From IMG/VR virus record IMGVR_UViG_3300037067_004861: a DNA stretch of 64,000 nucleotides. The stretch is one strand, 5' to 3'. Numbering within the stretch: the stretch's first letter is position 1; every line of letters begins with the position of its first letter. The stretch is from a virus. Lineage: Duplodnaviria; Heunggongvirae; Uroviricota; Caudoviricetes. A program made the translations under genes and the position numbers. The notes beneath the pieces are model-generated. The model had not been told where the DNA came from. It ran no database searches and was given only the letters and a program-made list of their open reading frames with translations. Shown here in pieces: positions 25,396 to 34,031 of the stretch.

Positions 25396-25773
25396 TTAAA
25401 TTAGAAACTCCGCTACTTCACAGAGTAGACTCTTGTTGGTTTGGCTGGCCCGGACGACGCGGAGACTCTTAACTTTGACAGTATTATCAGTGATGGGGCA
25501 CCGTCGGAGAACCTCAGCCCGTGCTTTCGGCATAAGGATACATTTCAAGCCAAGATGTGTAAGATGCTCCGAATCCTGGAGACGCCATTCTGGTTCAATT
25601 TCCGTGATTTCCGGAACGAAGGCCCTACCATAAATAAAGGGAGGCTTGTTCTCCGTAACCTCTACCGTGAGTATGGCTTCACCATTCATCGCCGTGAGAA
25701 TACTATCAACGGCTGGCACGGTAGACAATACATTGCGGTACTTCTCAGACCAATCACTTAGACTCATTTTCAT
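25396..25773 (-). CDS. Hypothetical protein
   Basis: ORF track. Confidence 0.4.
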   Translation of the reverse strand: MKMSLSDWSEKYRNVLSTVPAVDSILTAMNGEAILTVEVTENKPPFIYGRAFVPEITEIEPEWRLQDSEHLTHLGLKCILMPKARAEVLRRCPITDNTVKVKSLRVVRASQTNKSLLCEVAEFLI

Positions 25774-26302
25774 ATCTCCTAGCTAGTCTCTGACGAATCT
25801 TGGATACTTCACTTCGCGTTATCTTCAACGTCTTGGCTGTTTGGGTATCGGTGAGCCCGGAACGCCGGCACTCCACCACAGATCGTTCAATAGGGAGTCG
25901 GATAATAGCATCAATCGTGTCCTCGAACTCCAACTCATCGAATGGATTCGCGGATGCAATATCCTCTTCTATTGAAGAATACTTGAAATTAGCCTTGCGT
26001 TTCGGTGTCCGGATAGCAGCATTATTATGGATGGCTTGACAACAAGCGTCCTTAATCATGCTGCATAGGTATGATGTGATATTTCTATCATTACGTAGTT
26101 TGTGAACGGCTCGCACTAATCCTAGAGTCGCGGAATCCAGCATCTCCTCGTAGTCGTGCGTGAACCGGGAGTAGTATTCCGAGAACCTAAGAACATATGG
26201 CATATGACATAGGATAAGGGCGTCATAGTTTTCACTGTTCTTATATTCGATTAAAATATCATCGCTTGGGTGTGGCGGAAAAGTCACGTTTTCGTACATC
26301 AC
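25754..26302 (-). CDS. Sigma-70 family RNA polymerase sigma factor (phage-encoded; ECF-like, regions 2 and 4)
   Basis: Region 2: YEEMLDSATLGLVRAVHKL...SYLCSMIKDACCQAI. Region 4 HTH: LTDTQTAKTLKITRSEVSKIRQRLARR. Confidence 0.6.
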   Translation of the reverse strand: MMYENVTFPPHPSDDILIEYKNSENYDALILCHMPYVLRFSEYYSRFTHDYEEMLDSATLGLVRAVHKLRNDRNITSYLCSMIKDACCQAIHNNAAIRTPKRKANFKYSSIEEDIASANPFDELEFEDTIDAIIRLPIERSVVECRRSGLTDTQTAKTLKITRSEVSKIRQRLARRYENESK

Positions 26303-26428
26303 TATTTTCCTTGTTATTATCCTTACTGTTATTCTTATCTGATAGACGAATTCGGTAGCTACGTGATTTTAATAGCGCCTCACCCTCTTTCATGGCCTTC
26401 TCGTCTAACTCCGTCCACTCGTATGCCA

Positions 26429-26698
26429 TTATTGATCCTCTATTCTTACCATCGTCTTACAGTCTTCGGGGATAGTGAACGCCTCGAAAATCTTACCACG
26501 TACCCCAGTCTTAGGTCGGTCCCTTATTGCCTTCATTAAGGACTTGTTACTGAATCCTAGTGGTATGGCGGGTCCGGCGTAGGTGGCATTATAACCATCG
26601 CTCTTGTATTGCCCGCACGACAAGCCACATTTACAGTGTCGGATTTCATAATCACATTTAACCACATCATGGCATTCGCTGCAATAGAATAACTTCAT
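26429..26698 (-). CDS. Zinc-finger protein (CSECH...CDYEIRHCKC)
   Basis: ORF track. Confidence 0.4.
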   Translation of the reverse strand: MKLFYCSECHDVVKCDYEIRHCKCGLSCGQYKSDGYNATYAGPAIPLGFSNKSLMKAIRDRPKTGVRGKIFEAFTIPEDCKTMVRIEDQ

Positions 26699-26707
26699 TA
26701 TTATACC

Positions 26708-27394
26708 TTATACCTCTGCCAGAACTTCAAATTCCTTGCAACGCCACTTATCCCCGGCCCTATGGATATCTGTCTTCTTCGTCCTAACCTTGATAATGGG
26801 GCCACGAGAATTGGTGTTTGACTCTTGAAATTTCAAGACCATGGCAACCGTAGGGTAAAGATAGAGGCCAGGATGGCATTCGGTCTTGCAGGTGGAGAAA
26901 TATGGAGCCTTTACTTTATCTCCAACACTATAGCTACCACTATTCAAACGCCTTTTAGAGCGATAACCGATAATATAATCACCATCCTCCTTGAATCCTC
27001 TGTAATCTGTGTTTAATGTGTTCCTGGGATCAAGAGCAGTATGGTTGATGTTGGCCTCAGTGAGATTAATATCATAGAGGTCCGTTTCTTGCAGATAGGC
27101 TCCTTGGAGATTGGCTCCATGGAGGTTAGCTTCCCATAGATATGCGTATAGGAGATTAGTACCTTGGAGATTGGCCCCTGGGAACTGGGACTGCATTAGT
27201 ACAGCTCCTTGGAGATTGGCTCCTTGAAGATTGGCTCCTTGGAGATTGGCTCTTCGGAGATCGGCTTCTCGAAGATTGGCGCCTCGGAGATCGGCTTCCC
27301 GGAGATCGGCCTCATAGAGATTAGCTCTTTCTCCACCTTCTCTATCTTGTAGCCAAAGACTATGCTTTTCCAGGGCGACTTTAATATCAATCAT
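26708..27394 (-). CDS. Pentapeptide-repeat protein with a conserved unrecognised C-terminal domain (paralog 1 of 3)
   Basis: A(D/N)LxxA(N/D)L repeats; C-terminal DYRGFKEDGDYIIGYRSKRRL...TECHPGLYLYPT...KWRCKEFEVLAE is shared with 27408..28148 and 28599..29399. Confidence 0.7.
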   Translation of the reverse strand: MIDIKVALEKHSLWLQDREGGERANLYEADLREADLRGANLREADLRRANLQGANLQGANLQGAVLMQSQFPGANLQGTNLLYAYLWEANLHGANLQGAYLQETDLYDINLTEANINHTALDPRNTLNTDYRGFKEDGDYIIGYRSKRRLNSGSYSVGDKVKAPYFSTCKTECHPGLYLYPTVAMVLKFQESNTNSRGPIIKVRTKKTDIHRAGDKWRCKEFEVLAEV

Positions 27395-27407
27395 GGCTTA
27401 ACCCTTA

Positions 27408-28148
27408 TTATTCATACTCTGCCAGAACTTCAAACTCCTTGCAACGCCACTTCTTACCAGCCTTATGAATATCTGTCTTCTTCGTTCTTACCACAATTAT
27501 AGGGCCCCAAGAATTGGGATTTCCTCTTTGAAAGTTCAATACCATCTCTATTGTAGGGTAGAGATAAAGGCCCGGATGGCATTCTGTCGTACAGGTGGAG
27601 AAGTAAGGGGCTTTTACTTTCTCTCCGATACTGTAGTGACCACTATTCAAACGCCTTTTCGTCCGGTATCCGATAATATAATCACCATCCTCCTTGAAGC
27701 CTTTATATTCCATATTCAAGGTATTTCTTGGGTCCAGAACAGTACCGGTGATCCTGGCCCTGGTGAGATTAGTTCCGTAGAGGTCAGTTTCCTGTAAACA
27801 GGCTCCTTGGAGATTGGCTTCAGAGAGGTCAGCTCCCGATAGATGTGCGTATAGGAGATTTGCCCATTGAAGGTTGTTTTCTCGAAGGTTGGCCTGCATT
27901 AAGTAGGCTCCGCTGAGTGAGGCTCCTTTGAAATTAGCTACTTGAAGATCGGCCCCATGGAATGTAGCATAGGAAAGATTAGCATATTGTAGGTTGGCAC
28001 CACGTAGGTCGGCTTTGGTGAGATCAGCATTTTGAAGGTCAGCTTCGCGGAGATCGGCTCCTAGGAAATTTGCTCGCTCTCCGTCCGGATCACCGTGAAG
28101 CCACTTCCTATGGGAATCTAGAATGCCTTTAATAGTGATATCAATCAT
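27408..28148 (-). CDS. Pentapeptide-repeat protein with the same C-terminal domain (paralog 2 of 3)
   Basis: See 26708..27394. Confidence 0.7.
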   Translation of the reverse strand: MIDITIKGILDSHRKWLHGDPDGERANFLGADLREADLQNADLTKADLRGANLQYANLSYATFHGADLQVANFKGASLSGAYLMQANLRENNLQWANLLYAHLSGADLSEANLQGACLQETDLYGTNLTRARITGTVLDPRNTLNMEYKGFKEDGDYIIGYRTKRRLNSGHYSIGEKVKAPYFSTCTTECHPGLYLYPTIEMVLNFQRGNPNSWGPIIVVRTKKTDIHKAGKKWRCKEFEVLAEYE

Positions 28149-28151
28149 AAT

Positions 28152-28493
28152 TTAACCTTTAAAATCAATTACACCGTACTCAGAGTTGGTGATAGTGTAA
28201 TAGCAACGTCGGACGCCAACCATTTGCATAAATGATCGGCAGGTCCGACAGGGTGTCGCATTAGCGTAGTCACCATTCTTTAGGACACGGACGACATAAA
28301 CAATAGAACCCTTATCCAACTTCCTGCACAATCGGGCTTCGGCATGAGCCTGCGGTTCCGGATATCGGCAAGGCAGATTAGTTGATTTTACTATCGTTCC
28401 ATCGGCCCTAAGTCCCACGGCTCCGATACAATATCTCCTGATATCATTCTTTTTGATAGCAATACGTTCGGCTAATCGGAACATGCGTTTCAT
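28152..28493 (-). CDS. Cytidine/deoxycytidylate deaminase-fold zinc enzyme (CDA, dCMP-deaminase or TadA-like; 113 aa)
   Basis: Zinc-binding motifs HAE and PCxxC (HAEARL...ATPCRTCRSF). Confidence 0.6.
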   Translation of the reverse strand: MKRMFRLAERIAIKKNDIRRYCIGAVGLRADGTIVKSTNLPCRYPEPQAHAEARLCRKLDKGSIVYVVRVLKNGDYANATPCRTCRSFMQMVGVRRCYYTITNSEYGVIDFKG

Positions 28494-28518
28494 GGTTGTA
28501 TATCTTTAATAGTAAAAG

Positions 28519-28591
28519 TAGGACGGGAAGGAATCGAACCTTCGGCCACGACTTTATAAGAATCGCACTCTAACCACTGAGTTACCGTCCC
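28519..28591 (-). tRNA. tRNA-Ile (anticodon UAU)
   Basis: Hand fold: acceptor GGGACGG/CCGTCCT (G1-U72), D-stem ACTC/GAGT, anticodon arm CGATT-CTTATAA-AGTCG, T-arm GAAGG-TTCGATT-CCTTC. Confidence 0.75.
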
Positions 28592-28598
28592 ATTCCTT

Positions 28599-29399
28599 TT
28601 AGTATTCTGTCTCGGACAGGACTTCAAACTCCTTGCAACGCCACTTGTCTCCCGCCCTATGAATATCCGTCTTCTTGGCTTTCACTTTAATGATAGGACC
28701 TGCTAGGGAGGTACTGTGGGTATACATAAAGTTTAATACCATTTGAACCGTGGGGTAGAGGTAAAGACCTGGATGGCATGGAGAAAAGCTAATAGAGAAG
28801 TAAGGTGACGTAACTTTCTCCCCGACTGTGTATTCCCCATCGTTCATAAGACGCCTTTTCGTCCTGTATCCGATAATATAATCACCGTCCTCCTCAAATC
28901 CTTTGTAGTCTCTATTAGGCGTATTACTTGGATTGAGACAAGTGCGGATGAGATCGGCTCCTTCTAGATCAGCCCCATAGAGGGCAGTCTCAGAGAGAGC
29001 AGCCCAACGGAGATCGGCTCTTTGGAGATGGGCATTTTGAAGGTCAGCTTCTCGGAGATCGGCTCCTTGGAGATTGGCTCCTTGGAGATCGGCTCCTTGG
29101 AGATTGGCGTAACATAGTTTTGCATGTTGTAGATTCGCTTTTTGGAGACAGGCATATTTAAGATTGGCTTCTCGGAGATCGGCTTCTTGTAGATTGGCTC
29201 CTTGGAGATTAGCGTGACATAGGGTGTTCCCTCTTAAACTAGCATAAGAGAGATTGACTCCTGGAAGATCGGACCCATTTAGAATGACTCCTTGGAAATT
29301 TGCTCTTTCTCCACCCTCTATATTCTTGAGCCAAAGACTGTGCTTTTCCACGGTGGTTTTAATATCAATCATTGTATTTCCTAAATTAGAGTTATCCAT
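28599..29399 (-). CDS. Pentapeptide-repeat protein with the same C-terminal domain (paralog 3 of 3)
   Basis: See 26708..27394. Confidence 0.7.
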   Translation of the reverse strand: MDNSNLGNTMIDIKTTVEKHSLWLKNIEGGERANFQGVILNGSDLPGVNLSYASLRGNTLCHANLQGANLQEADLREANLKYACLQKANLQHAKLCYANLQGADLQGANLQGADLREADLQNAHLQRADLRWAALSETALYGADLEGADLIRTCLNPSNTPNRDYKGFEEDGDYIIGYRTKRRLMNDGEYTVGEKVTSPYFSISFSPCHPGLYLYPTVQMVLNFMYTHSTSLAGPIIKVKAKKTDIHRAGDKWRCKEFEVLSETEY

Positions 29400-29587
29400 A
29401 TATAGGGTTCCCCACCATTAAACTCACCGTGCATGATTCGTGATATTTGAGCCCCTTTTCTGGCTTTTGAAATAAGGTAATCACCCACTCTTGGGGCAGT
29501 TACAAACTTGGAGGGCCACTCCTCTTCATTCAATCGGTCATCATTAGAATGATAATAATACGTTCTCATTTCAGTTCTCCGGCTCAC
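29381..29587 (-). CDS. Hypothetical protein
   Basis: ORF track. Confidence 0.35.
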   Translation of the reverse strand: MSRRTEMRTYYYHSNDDRLNEEEWPSKFVTAPRVGDYLISKARKGAQISRIMHGEFNGGEPYIWITLI

Positions 29588-29614
29588 AAAATAAAATCAA
29601 TGATAATAAAATCA

Positions 29615-29652
29615 ATCATCGCATGGATCAAATATATGACCCATGCGATGAT
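29615..29652. promoter_or_regulatory. 12-bp-arm inverted repeat ATCATCGCATGG-13 nt-CCATGCGATGAT in AT-rich intergenic DNA; GATATTATTATCA motif follows directly
   Basis: Direct reading. Confidence 0.4.
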
Positions 29653-29666
29653 ATTATTATCAATTT

Positions 29667-29820
29667 CTAGTTTTCCGTAAAATCAATATCATCCTCCAAG
29701 TGTTGGATTTTGCGGCACAACGCAATAGCCTCGACCTTCTCTCTGCTTGTCAACTTATCCTTCTCCATTATCTCTGCTAGCCTAGTTTCATACGCTTTCA
29801 ATTCGGCAATTCGATCCATG
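29667..29820 (-). CDS. Small coiled-coil protein (about 50 aa), minus strand (MDRIAELKAYETRLAEIMEKDKL...)
   Basis: Manual translation; preferred over the plus-strand ORF 29710..29898 because it matches the local gene orientation. Confidence 0.3.
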
Positions 29821-29974
29821 GCAGTAACCTCTTGTGGGTGGCCGGGGCTATACCACTATATTACCATGGATTCGCGGAATCTAGGGAGAAAACTATGAAG
29901 ATTATGGATTATAGGATTTTGATATTGATATTACTATAATCGGAATAATGATATTATTATCAAAAATAATATTA

Positions 29975-30439
29975 TCAAACTAAAACTAAATTGAACCTCC
30001 AGAATATTTGAATATTGATTTTACAATCATCTAGAGGGTAGATTCGTCCCTGTGGGTCATATATCTTCCCCTCTTCATGATTCCAGGCTACCGCGTGCCA
30101 ATAGGTCCGAGCCTTACCGCATAGGATACCATCACAACACTTCAAATGATTATGAAATCTATTCTCATCGAATTGGAGAACAAATTCATCATCTCCATAG
30201 ACAGTCTGGACCGGCCTTGGCTCTATGGGTGTTACCGCGAACCCACGAGCCAAAGCTATATCTATAATCTCTTGAGTATGGAATCCTTTTCTCTGGGCCG
30301 GTCCTTTGAGATCAGGATGAATAATCTCACTACCGTCGTGTCCTACTGTCGCTATTAACTCTTCTACCGCCACACCCATGACCATAGCAGCAGCGGTAAT
30401 ACTGCAAGACCAACTATTTGGTTGTTTTAGTAGAAGCAT
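29975..30439 (-). CDS. Papain-like cysteine peptidase (C39-like fold)
   Basis: NSWSCSITAAAMV (Cys box) and WHAVAWNHEEGKIYDPQG (His box). Confidence 0.45.
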   Translation of the reverse strand: MLLLKQPNSWSCSITAAAMVMGVAVEELIATVGHDGSEIIHPDLKGPAQRKGFHTQEIIDIALARGFAVTPIEPRPVQTVYGDDEFVLQFDENRFHNHLKCCDGILCGKARTYWHAVAWNHEEGKIYDPQGRIYPLDDCKINIQIFWRFNLVLV

Positions 30440-30462
30440 AGCTTATTTTAATCCTATTAGGA

Positions 30463-30942
30463 TTACTCTTCTTTAGTTTCCAGATCATCAATTGATAATT
30501 CAATCAGATTCGTCACATACTTATAAACGCTTTTCGGCACGTTACAGCCGATTACTGTGACATTAATCCCAAGATTACCCAGTTTCTTGTAGAGAGGTAT
30601 TAAATCGGGATTCGAGGAGCAAATGATTACATTATCAATTGAGTGATCGTTTACCCCGGTCAACACGTCCGTGGCTACCCCGACACCCCACGAGCATCGT
30701 TGAATCTTGCGATCTCCGATATTAAGAGTATAGGGCTTCTTGTATTTCGTAATGAAGCCCAACGACCGCAGATAGTGAATAAACGGTGAAGCCTCATTCT
30801 CGGATTGGCAACCATAAGCGATAGCCAGGGTTAGGTTCTCGCACCGTTCCTTCAAGAGAACATAGTTTAGTTTCCCTACTCCGAACTTCTTTTGTAGTTT
30901 GAAATAGAGATCACTGATATCAACATACAGACCGGTCTTCAT
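30463..30942 (-). CDS. NYN/LabA-like (PIN-fold) domain protein
   Basis: LYVDISDLYF ... VGVATDVL ... VIICSSNPDLIPLYKKLGNLGINVTVIG pattern. Confidence 0.45.
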   Translation of the reverse strand: MKTGLYVDISDLYFKLQKKFGVGKLNYVLLKERCENLTLAIAYGCQSENEASPFIHYLRSLGFITKYKKPYTLNIGDRKIQRCSWGVGVATDVLTGVNDHSIDNVIICSSNPDLIPLYKKLGNLGINVTVIGCNVPKSVYKYVTNLIELSIDDLETKEE

Positions 30943-31705
30943 TTCTTAATTCCTCTGCTATAGCTACTGAGTTTGAAGTGCCAATAATATCAGCACCGGC
31001 GTCAATGAAAAGTTTTAATTGCGAAGCCGTTTTAATACCACCGGCGGCCTTGATTTTAAAATCATCAGCCCTATTCCAGTGTCGGAGATTATCCCATAGT
31101 CTTACAGTTGGTAATGTGGCACCACTCTTACCCCACCCCGTTGAGGTCTTGATTGCATAGGCACCGCTATCATAAACTATATGCCAAGCATCCTCTAGTT
31201 CTGTTGTGGTTAGGAGACACTCTTCAACAATAATCTTAACTCTAACACCGTGGACATTAGCCTCATCGACTAACTCCGCTAAGTCTTCGGCTAAGAAACG
31301 TGGACGCCTATCCTTGAAATCTCCTATATTCCAAACTACATCGACTTCATTGGCCCCATCCCCGATTGCATCAGCTACCTCACGTAGTTTAGCCGTTTGG
31401 GTAGAATACCCAAGAGGGAAGCCAATAACTGTAGCAATAAGAAGATCATAATCACTATATCTTACTGCATAATCTACTTTGGTGGGTGGGATACATATCC
31501 CACGGAAACCATATTTCTTGCACTCATCAATGAGTCTATCAATATCCTTCTCTGTGGTATCCGGTCGTAGTAGAGTATGGTCAATTCTGTCAAGCATTCT
31601 GTTCTCCGAAGAAAAGTGATATTTCTTGTTCTGCATTCTCCGTGGATGCGTGGATGCAATTATACCGACACGGTAGTGTGGCAAAGTCATGTCGTATAAC
31701 AGCAA
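30920..31705 (-). CDS. deoC: Deoxyribose-phosphate aldolase (DeoC); likely true start at Met37 (about nt 31597), 4 nt after the ndk stop
   Basis: IDHTLLRP...CIPP...TVIGFPLGYSTQ...EVDVVWNIG...IKTSTGWG...IKAAGGIK are the DeoC class I aldolase motifs. Confidence 0.7.
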   Translation of the reverse strand: MLLYDMTLPHYRVGIIASTHPRRMQNKKYHFSSENRMLDRIDHTLLRPDTTEKDIDRLIDECKKYGFRGICIPPTKVDYAVRYSDYDLLIATVIGFPLGYSTQTAKLREVADAIGDGANEVDVVWNIGDFKDRRPRFLAEDLAELVDEANVHGVRVKIIVEECLLTTTELEDAWHIVYDSGAYAIKTSTGWGKSGATLPTVRLWDNLRHWNRADDFKIKAAGGIKTASQLKLFIDAGADIIGTSNSVAIAEELRNEDRSVC

Positions 31706-31979
31706 CTATCTCACGAACTGCGTATACCGCGTCCTCACCGACAACTACTAAGCCAAGTAATGGGGCGCTAAGCATAAAGATTTTATTATCATCATAAACC
31801 ATATCCCCATGTAATCGAAGATGTGGATACATCTTACCGTACCACTCATCATCTTTTTGGAGGAGAGCGGCACCTGTTATCCGCAGATACTTGTCCTCTA
31901 TTCTACTAATAATCCGCCCAATAAGACCACGCTCTTGGGCGTCTGGTTTTATAATCACTAGCGTTCGTTCGACTGACAT
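31590..31979 (-). CDS. ndk: Nucleoside diphosphate kinase
   Basis: TLVIIKPDAQERGLIGRIISRIE and NCIHASTENAEQEISLFF (active-site His). Confidence 0.7.
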   Translation of the reverse strand: MSVERTLVIIKPDAQERGLIGRIISRIEDKYLRITGAALLQKDDEWYGKMYPHLRLHGDMVYDDNKIFMLSAPLLGLVVVGEDAVYAVREIVAVIRHDFATLPCRYNCIHASTENAEQEISLFFGEQNA

Positions 31980-32548
31980 TTCTTTCTCTCTATATATTTT
32001 TGTATCAATTTTATAACATCAATAGCATCGTCGATAGCGTTGTGTTGGACTATGGGTGGCATTTCAGCTCTAAGTTGACACGTCTTCATATCCGGAACAA
32101 CATATCCATCTACTTCTTGGTTCCAGTATAACATACCGGGATCGAGGATTCGGTGTCTCCAGGCTATAATATCATTCCAACCGGGCATTTTCTCCAGGAA
32201 TCGTGCGTCGAAAGTCCCATAGTTCTTCCCAGCGATAGTTATTTTGTCCTTGCTTCCCAAGCCATTGTTTTCTAGGAAACCTCGGAATCGAGGAGCCAAC
32301 TCTTCTGGCTTCAAGTAGTGATGTGACCAGTTCGCGTCCTTCAATGCTATATGCTTTAGTATTGCGGAGTTCATCTGCAAGGCATATGTGTCACCGACTA
32401 CCGGCTCATTGATTATATAAGCAGCGAAGATTGGTAGGTCATCGAGATACTTACTGCCATCATAGATTACCGCACCGAACTCTAGTATTTGACAGTAATC
32501 TGGATTAAGACCAGTAGTCTCTAAGTCTATGCTAACGTAGTTTATCAT
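31958..32548 (-). CDS. DEDDh 3'-5' exonuclease (DnaQ/epsilon-like)
   Basis: Exo I SIDLETTGL; Exo III HNAIDDAIDV. Confidence 0.6.
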   Translation of the reverse strand: MINYVSIDLETTGLNPDYCQILEFGAVIYDGSKYLDDLPIFAAYIINEPVVGDTYALQMNSAILKHIALKDANWSHHYLKPEELAPRFRGFLENNGLGSKDKITIAGKNYGTFDARFLEKMPGWNDIIAWRHRILDPGMLYWNQEVDGYVVPDMKTCQLRAEMPPIVQHNAIDDAIDVIKLIQKYIERKKCQSNER

Positions 32549-32809
32549 TTATCTCTCAGCCGTTAAGAGGAGCCAAAGTGGGTCACTAGCTTCAACAATA
32601 TGGGCCAACCGCCCAGAGTCTTTCGCTGCATTCTCTACCCTATGCCTATTCGCAGCATGGAAGGGTAGGTTATATATGTGTTCGTTAGTCTTGAGTTTAT
32701 AATCAATTGTGGCCAACTCATAGCCTAAAACGAAACATTGGGGTTTAGAATAATCAACTAGCTCGTCGTTATCTATACAGAAGGATTTTATTAGTCTGAA
32801 GGATTTCAT
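32549..32809 (-). CDS. Hypothetical protein
   Basis: ORF track. Confidence 0.35.
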   Translation of the reverse strand: MKSFRLIKSFCIDNDELVDYSKPQCFVLGYELATIDYKLKTNEHIYNLPFHAANRHRVENAAKDSGRLAHIVEASDPLWLLLTAER

Positions 32810-33150
32810 TTATTCATATCCGGGATTTTTAGGAACTGATACCAATTCGGGTAGGTGAATAGCTTCTGATACTCTTTCTCCGTCGCCGCTGTTAATATCC
32901 ATATCCCTACCCCAGCAGCAGTCATTCTTGGGAACGTCTCTAGCTGCGCGGCAGTGAACCTATAGTGTTCTGGATTCTTAACCTCAACCCACCGACTACC
33001 GTAGCGTTTCTGGGCGATATAGAGATCAGGCATCCCCGTTTGGAATGTGGAGCCATGGATTACTTTAACAAACCAGTCCCGCTCTTTCAAGAATTTAATA
33101 AGGGCTAATTGAATCTTTGCTTCCGGCCCCTTCTTATGAATTACAGCCAT
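32806..33150 (-). CDS. VRR-NUC domain nuclease
   Basis: GMPDLYIAQKRYGSRWVEVK ... QLETF (PD-(D/E)XK of the VRR-NUC type). Confidence 0.5.
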   Translation of the reverse strand: MAVIHKKGPEAKIQLALIKFLKERDWFVKVIHGSTFQTGMPDLYIAQKRYGSRWVEVKNPEHYRFTAAQLETFPRMTAAGVGIWILTAATEKEYQKLFTYPNWYQFLKIPDMNK

Positions 33151-33379
33151 TTTCTTTACCTGTTACTTTGGCTAGAGCAATAAGTCTAAGAGCCGTAGTA
33201 AGATATTCATCCCTAGCCATACTGTCGTCACAACCCTCAGCTAGGAGGAGTAGTTCCCTAGCCCTTGTGATATAGTAGAGAGGATAGCCAACATCCGCCA
33301 CCACACTCATCACCCCGTATTTCGGATCAAAGATTCCATCTCTAAGGGCAGACGCTATTTTAGTTTTCGTTGGTTTCAT
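33134..33379 (-). CDS. Hypothetical protein
   Basis: ORF track. Confidence 0.4.
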   Translation of the reverse strand: MKPTKTKIASALRDGIFDPKYGVMSVVADVGYPLYYITRARELLLLAEGCDDSMARDEYLTTALRLIALAKVTGKENGCNS

Positions 33380-33398
33380 TAGTTATTCTCTATTCCTA

Positions 33399-33647
33399 TT
33401 AGTTATTCTCTATTCTCAGGATATCAGAATCAATGAATCCTATTTGTTGTAGCTTTCCTAATACCTTTTTAATGGCTTTGGATAGGGTTCTGGATTTGAC
33501 GTTGAAGGTTAAACATAACCTACCAGCACGTTGGTGGACATAGATATTATCATCAAACTCGGCTATACGCTCCACCATCTTAACATTATATTGGAATAAA
33601 TCAATTAGAGTGATAGTTAAATCAAAATCTATTTTCATGGTCTGCAC
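33399..33647 (-). CDS. Hypothetical protein
   Basis: ORF track. Confidence 0.4.
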   Translation of the reverse strand: MQTMKIDFDLTITLIDLFQYNVKMVERIAEFDDNIYVHQRAGRLCLTFNVKSRTLSKAIKKVLGKLQQIGFIDSDILRIENN

Positions 33648-34030
33648 ATACCTTGAGTTTGTGAATTATCCTCTTCCTCTTCGACAACCTTATTGGGACC
33701 AAAAAGCTTCGGCCTCTTATTTCTCCAGGCTAGTAGCAAGGCTTTACCATATTCTTCAATGAGTTCTTGCTCTTTGAGCCCCTCGATTCCATAGATTTTG
33801 TAGCGTTCCCACGTTTCAGCCGAAACTAGTTTCCAGATGTTATAGACGTTCTTATAGTCATCGGACATATATAAGTCATGGAGCCAGTCAAACGCCTTCG
33901 AGCATGTATCAATACGGAAGCGACCGCTCTTCATATTGACTTGACTAGCAGGAATCTTAGCGGCGAGAAGCACGGGACGCATCTTGTCGAGAAGAGAGGT
34001 AATCGTATCACGGGTATCCGGGGCCACCAT
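33635..34030 (-). CDS. Hypothetical protein
   Basis: ORF track. Confidence 0.4.
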   Translation of the reverse strand: MVAPDTRDTITSLLDKMRPVLLAAKIPASQVNMKSGRFRIDTCSKAFDWLHDLYMSDDYKNVYNIWKLVSAETWERYKIYGIEGLKEQELIEEYGKALLLAWRNKRPKLFGPNKVVEEEEDNSQTQGMCRP

Positions 34031-34031
34031 C

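Noticed and set aside
27196-29155. ORFs 27196..27390 and 28964..29155 encoding PISKEPISKE repeats
   Set aside because: They are alternative-frame readings of the pentapeptide-repeat codons, nested within the real genes.
29710-29898. Plus-strand ORF 29710..29898
   Set aside because: It sits in an AT-rich intergenic region on the minority strand. A minus-strand small coiled-coil ORF (29667..29820) fits local gene orientation better, and both are uncertain.
29981-30010. tRNA-like T-loop sequence GGAGGTTCAATTT (minus strand)
   Set aside because: No complementary acceptor or T stems could be formed, so it is not a tRNA.
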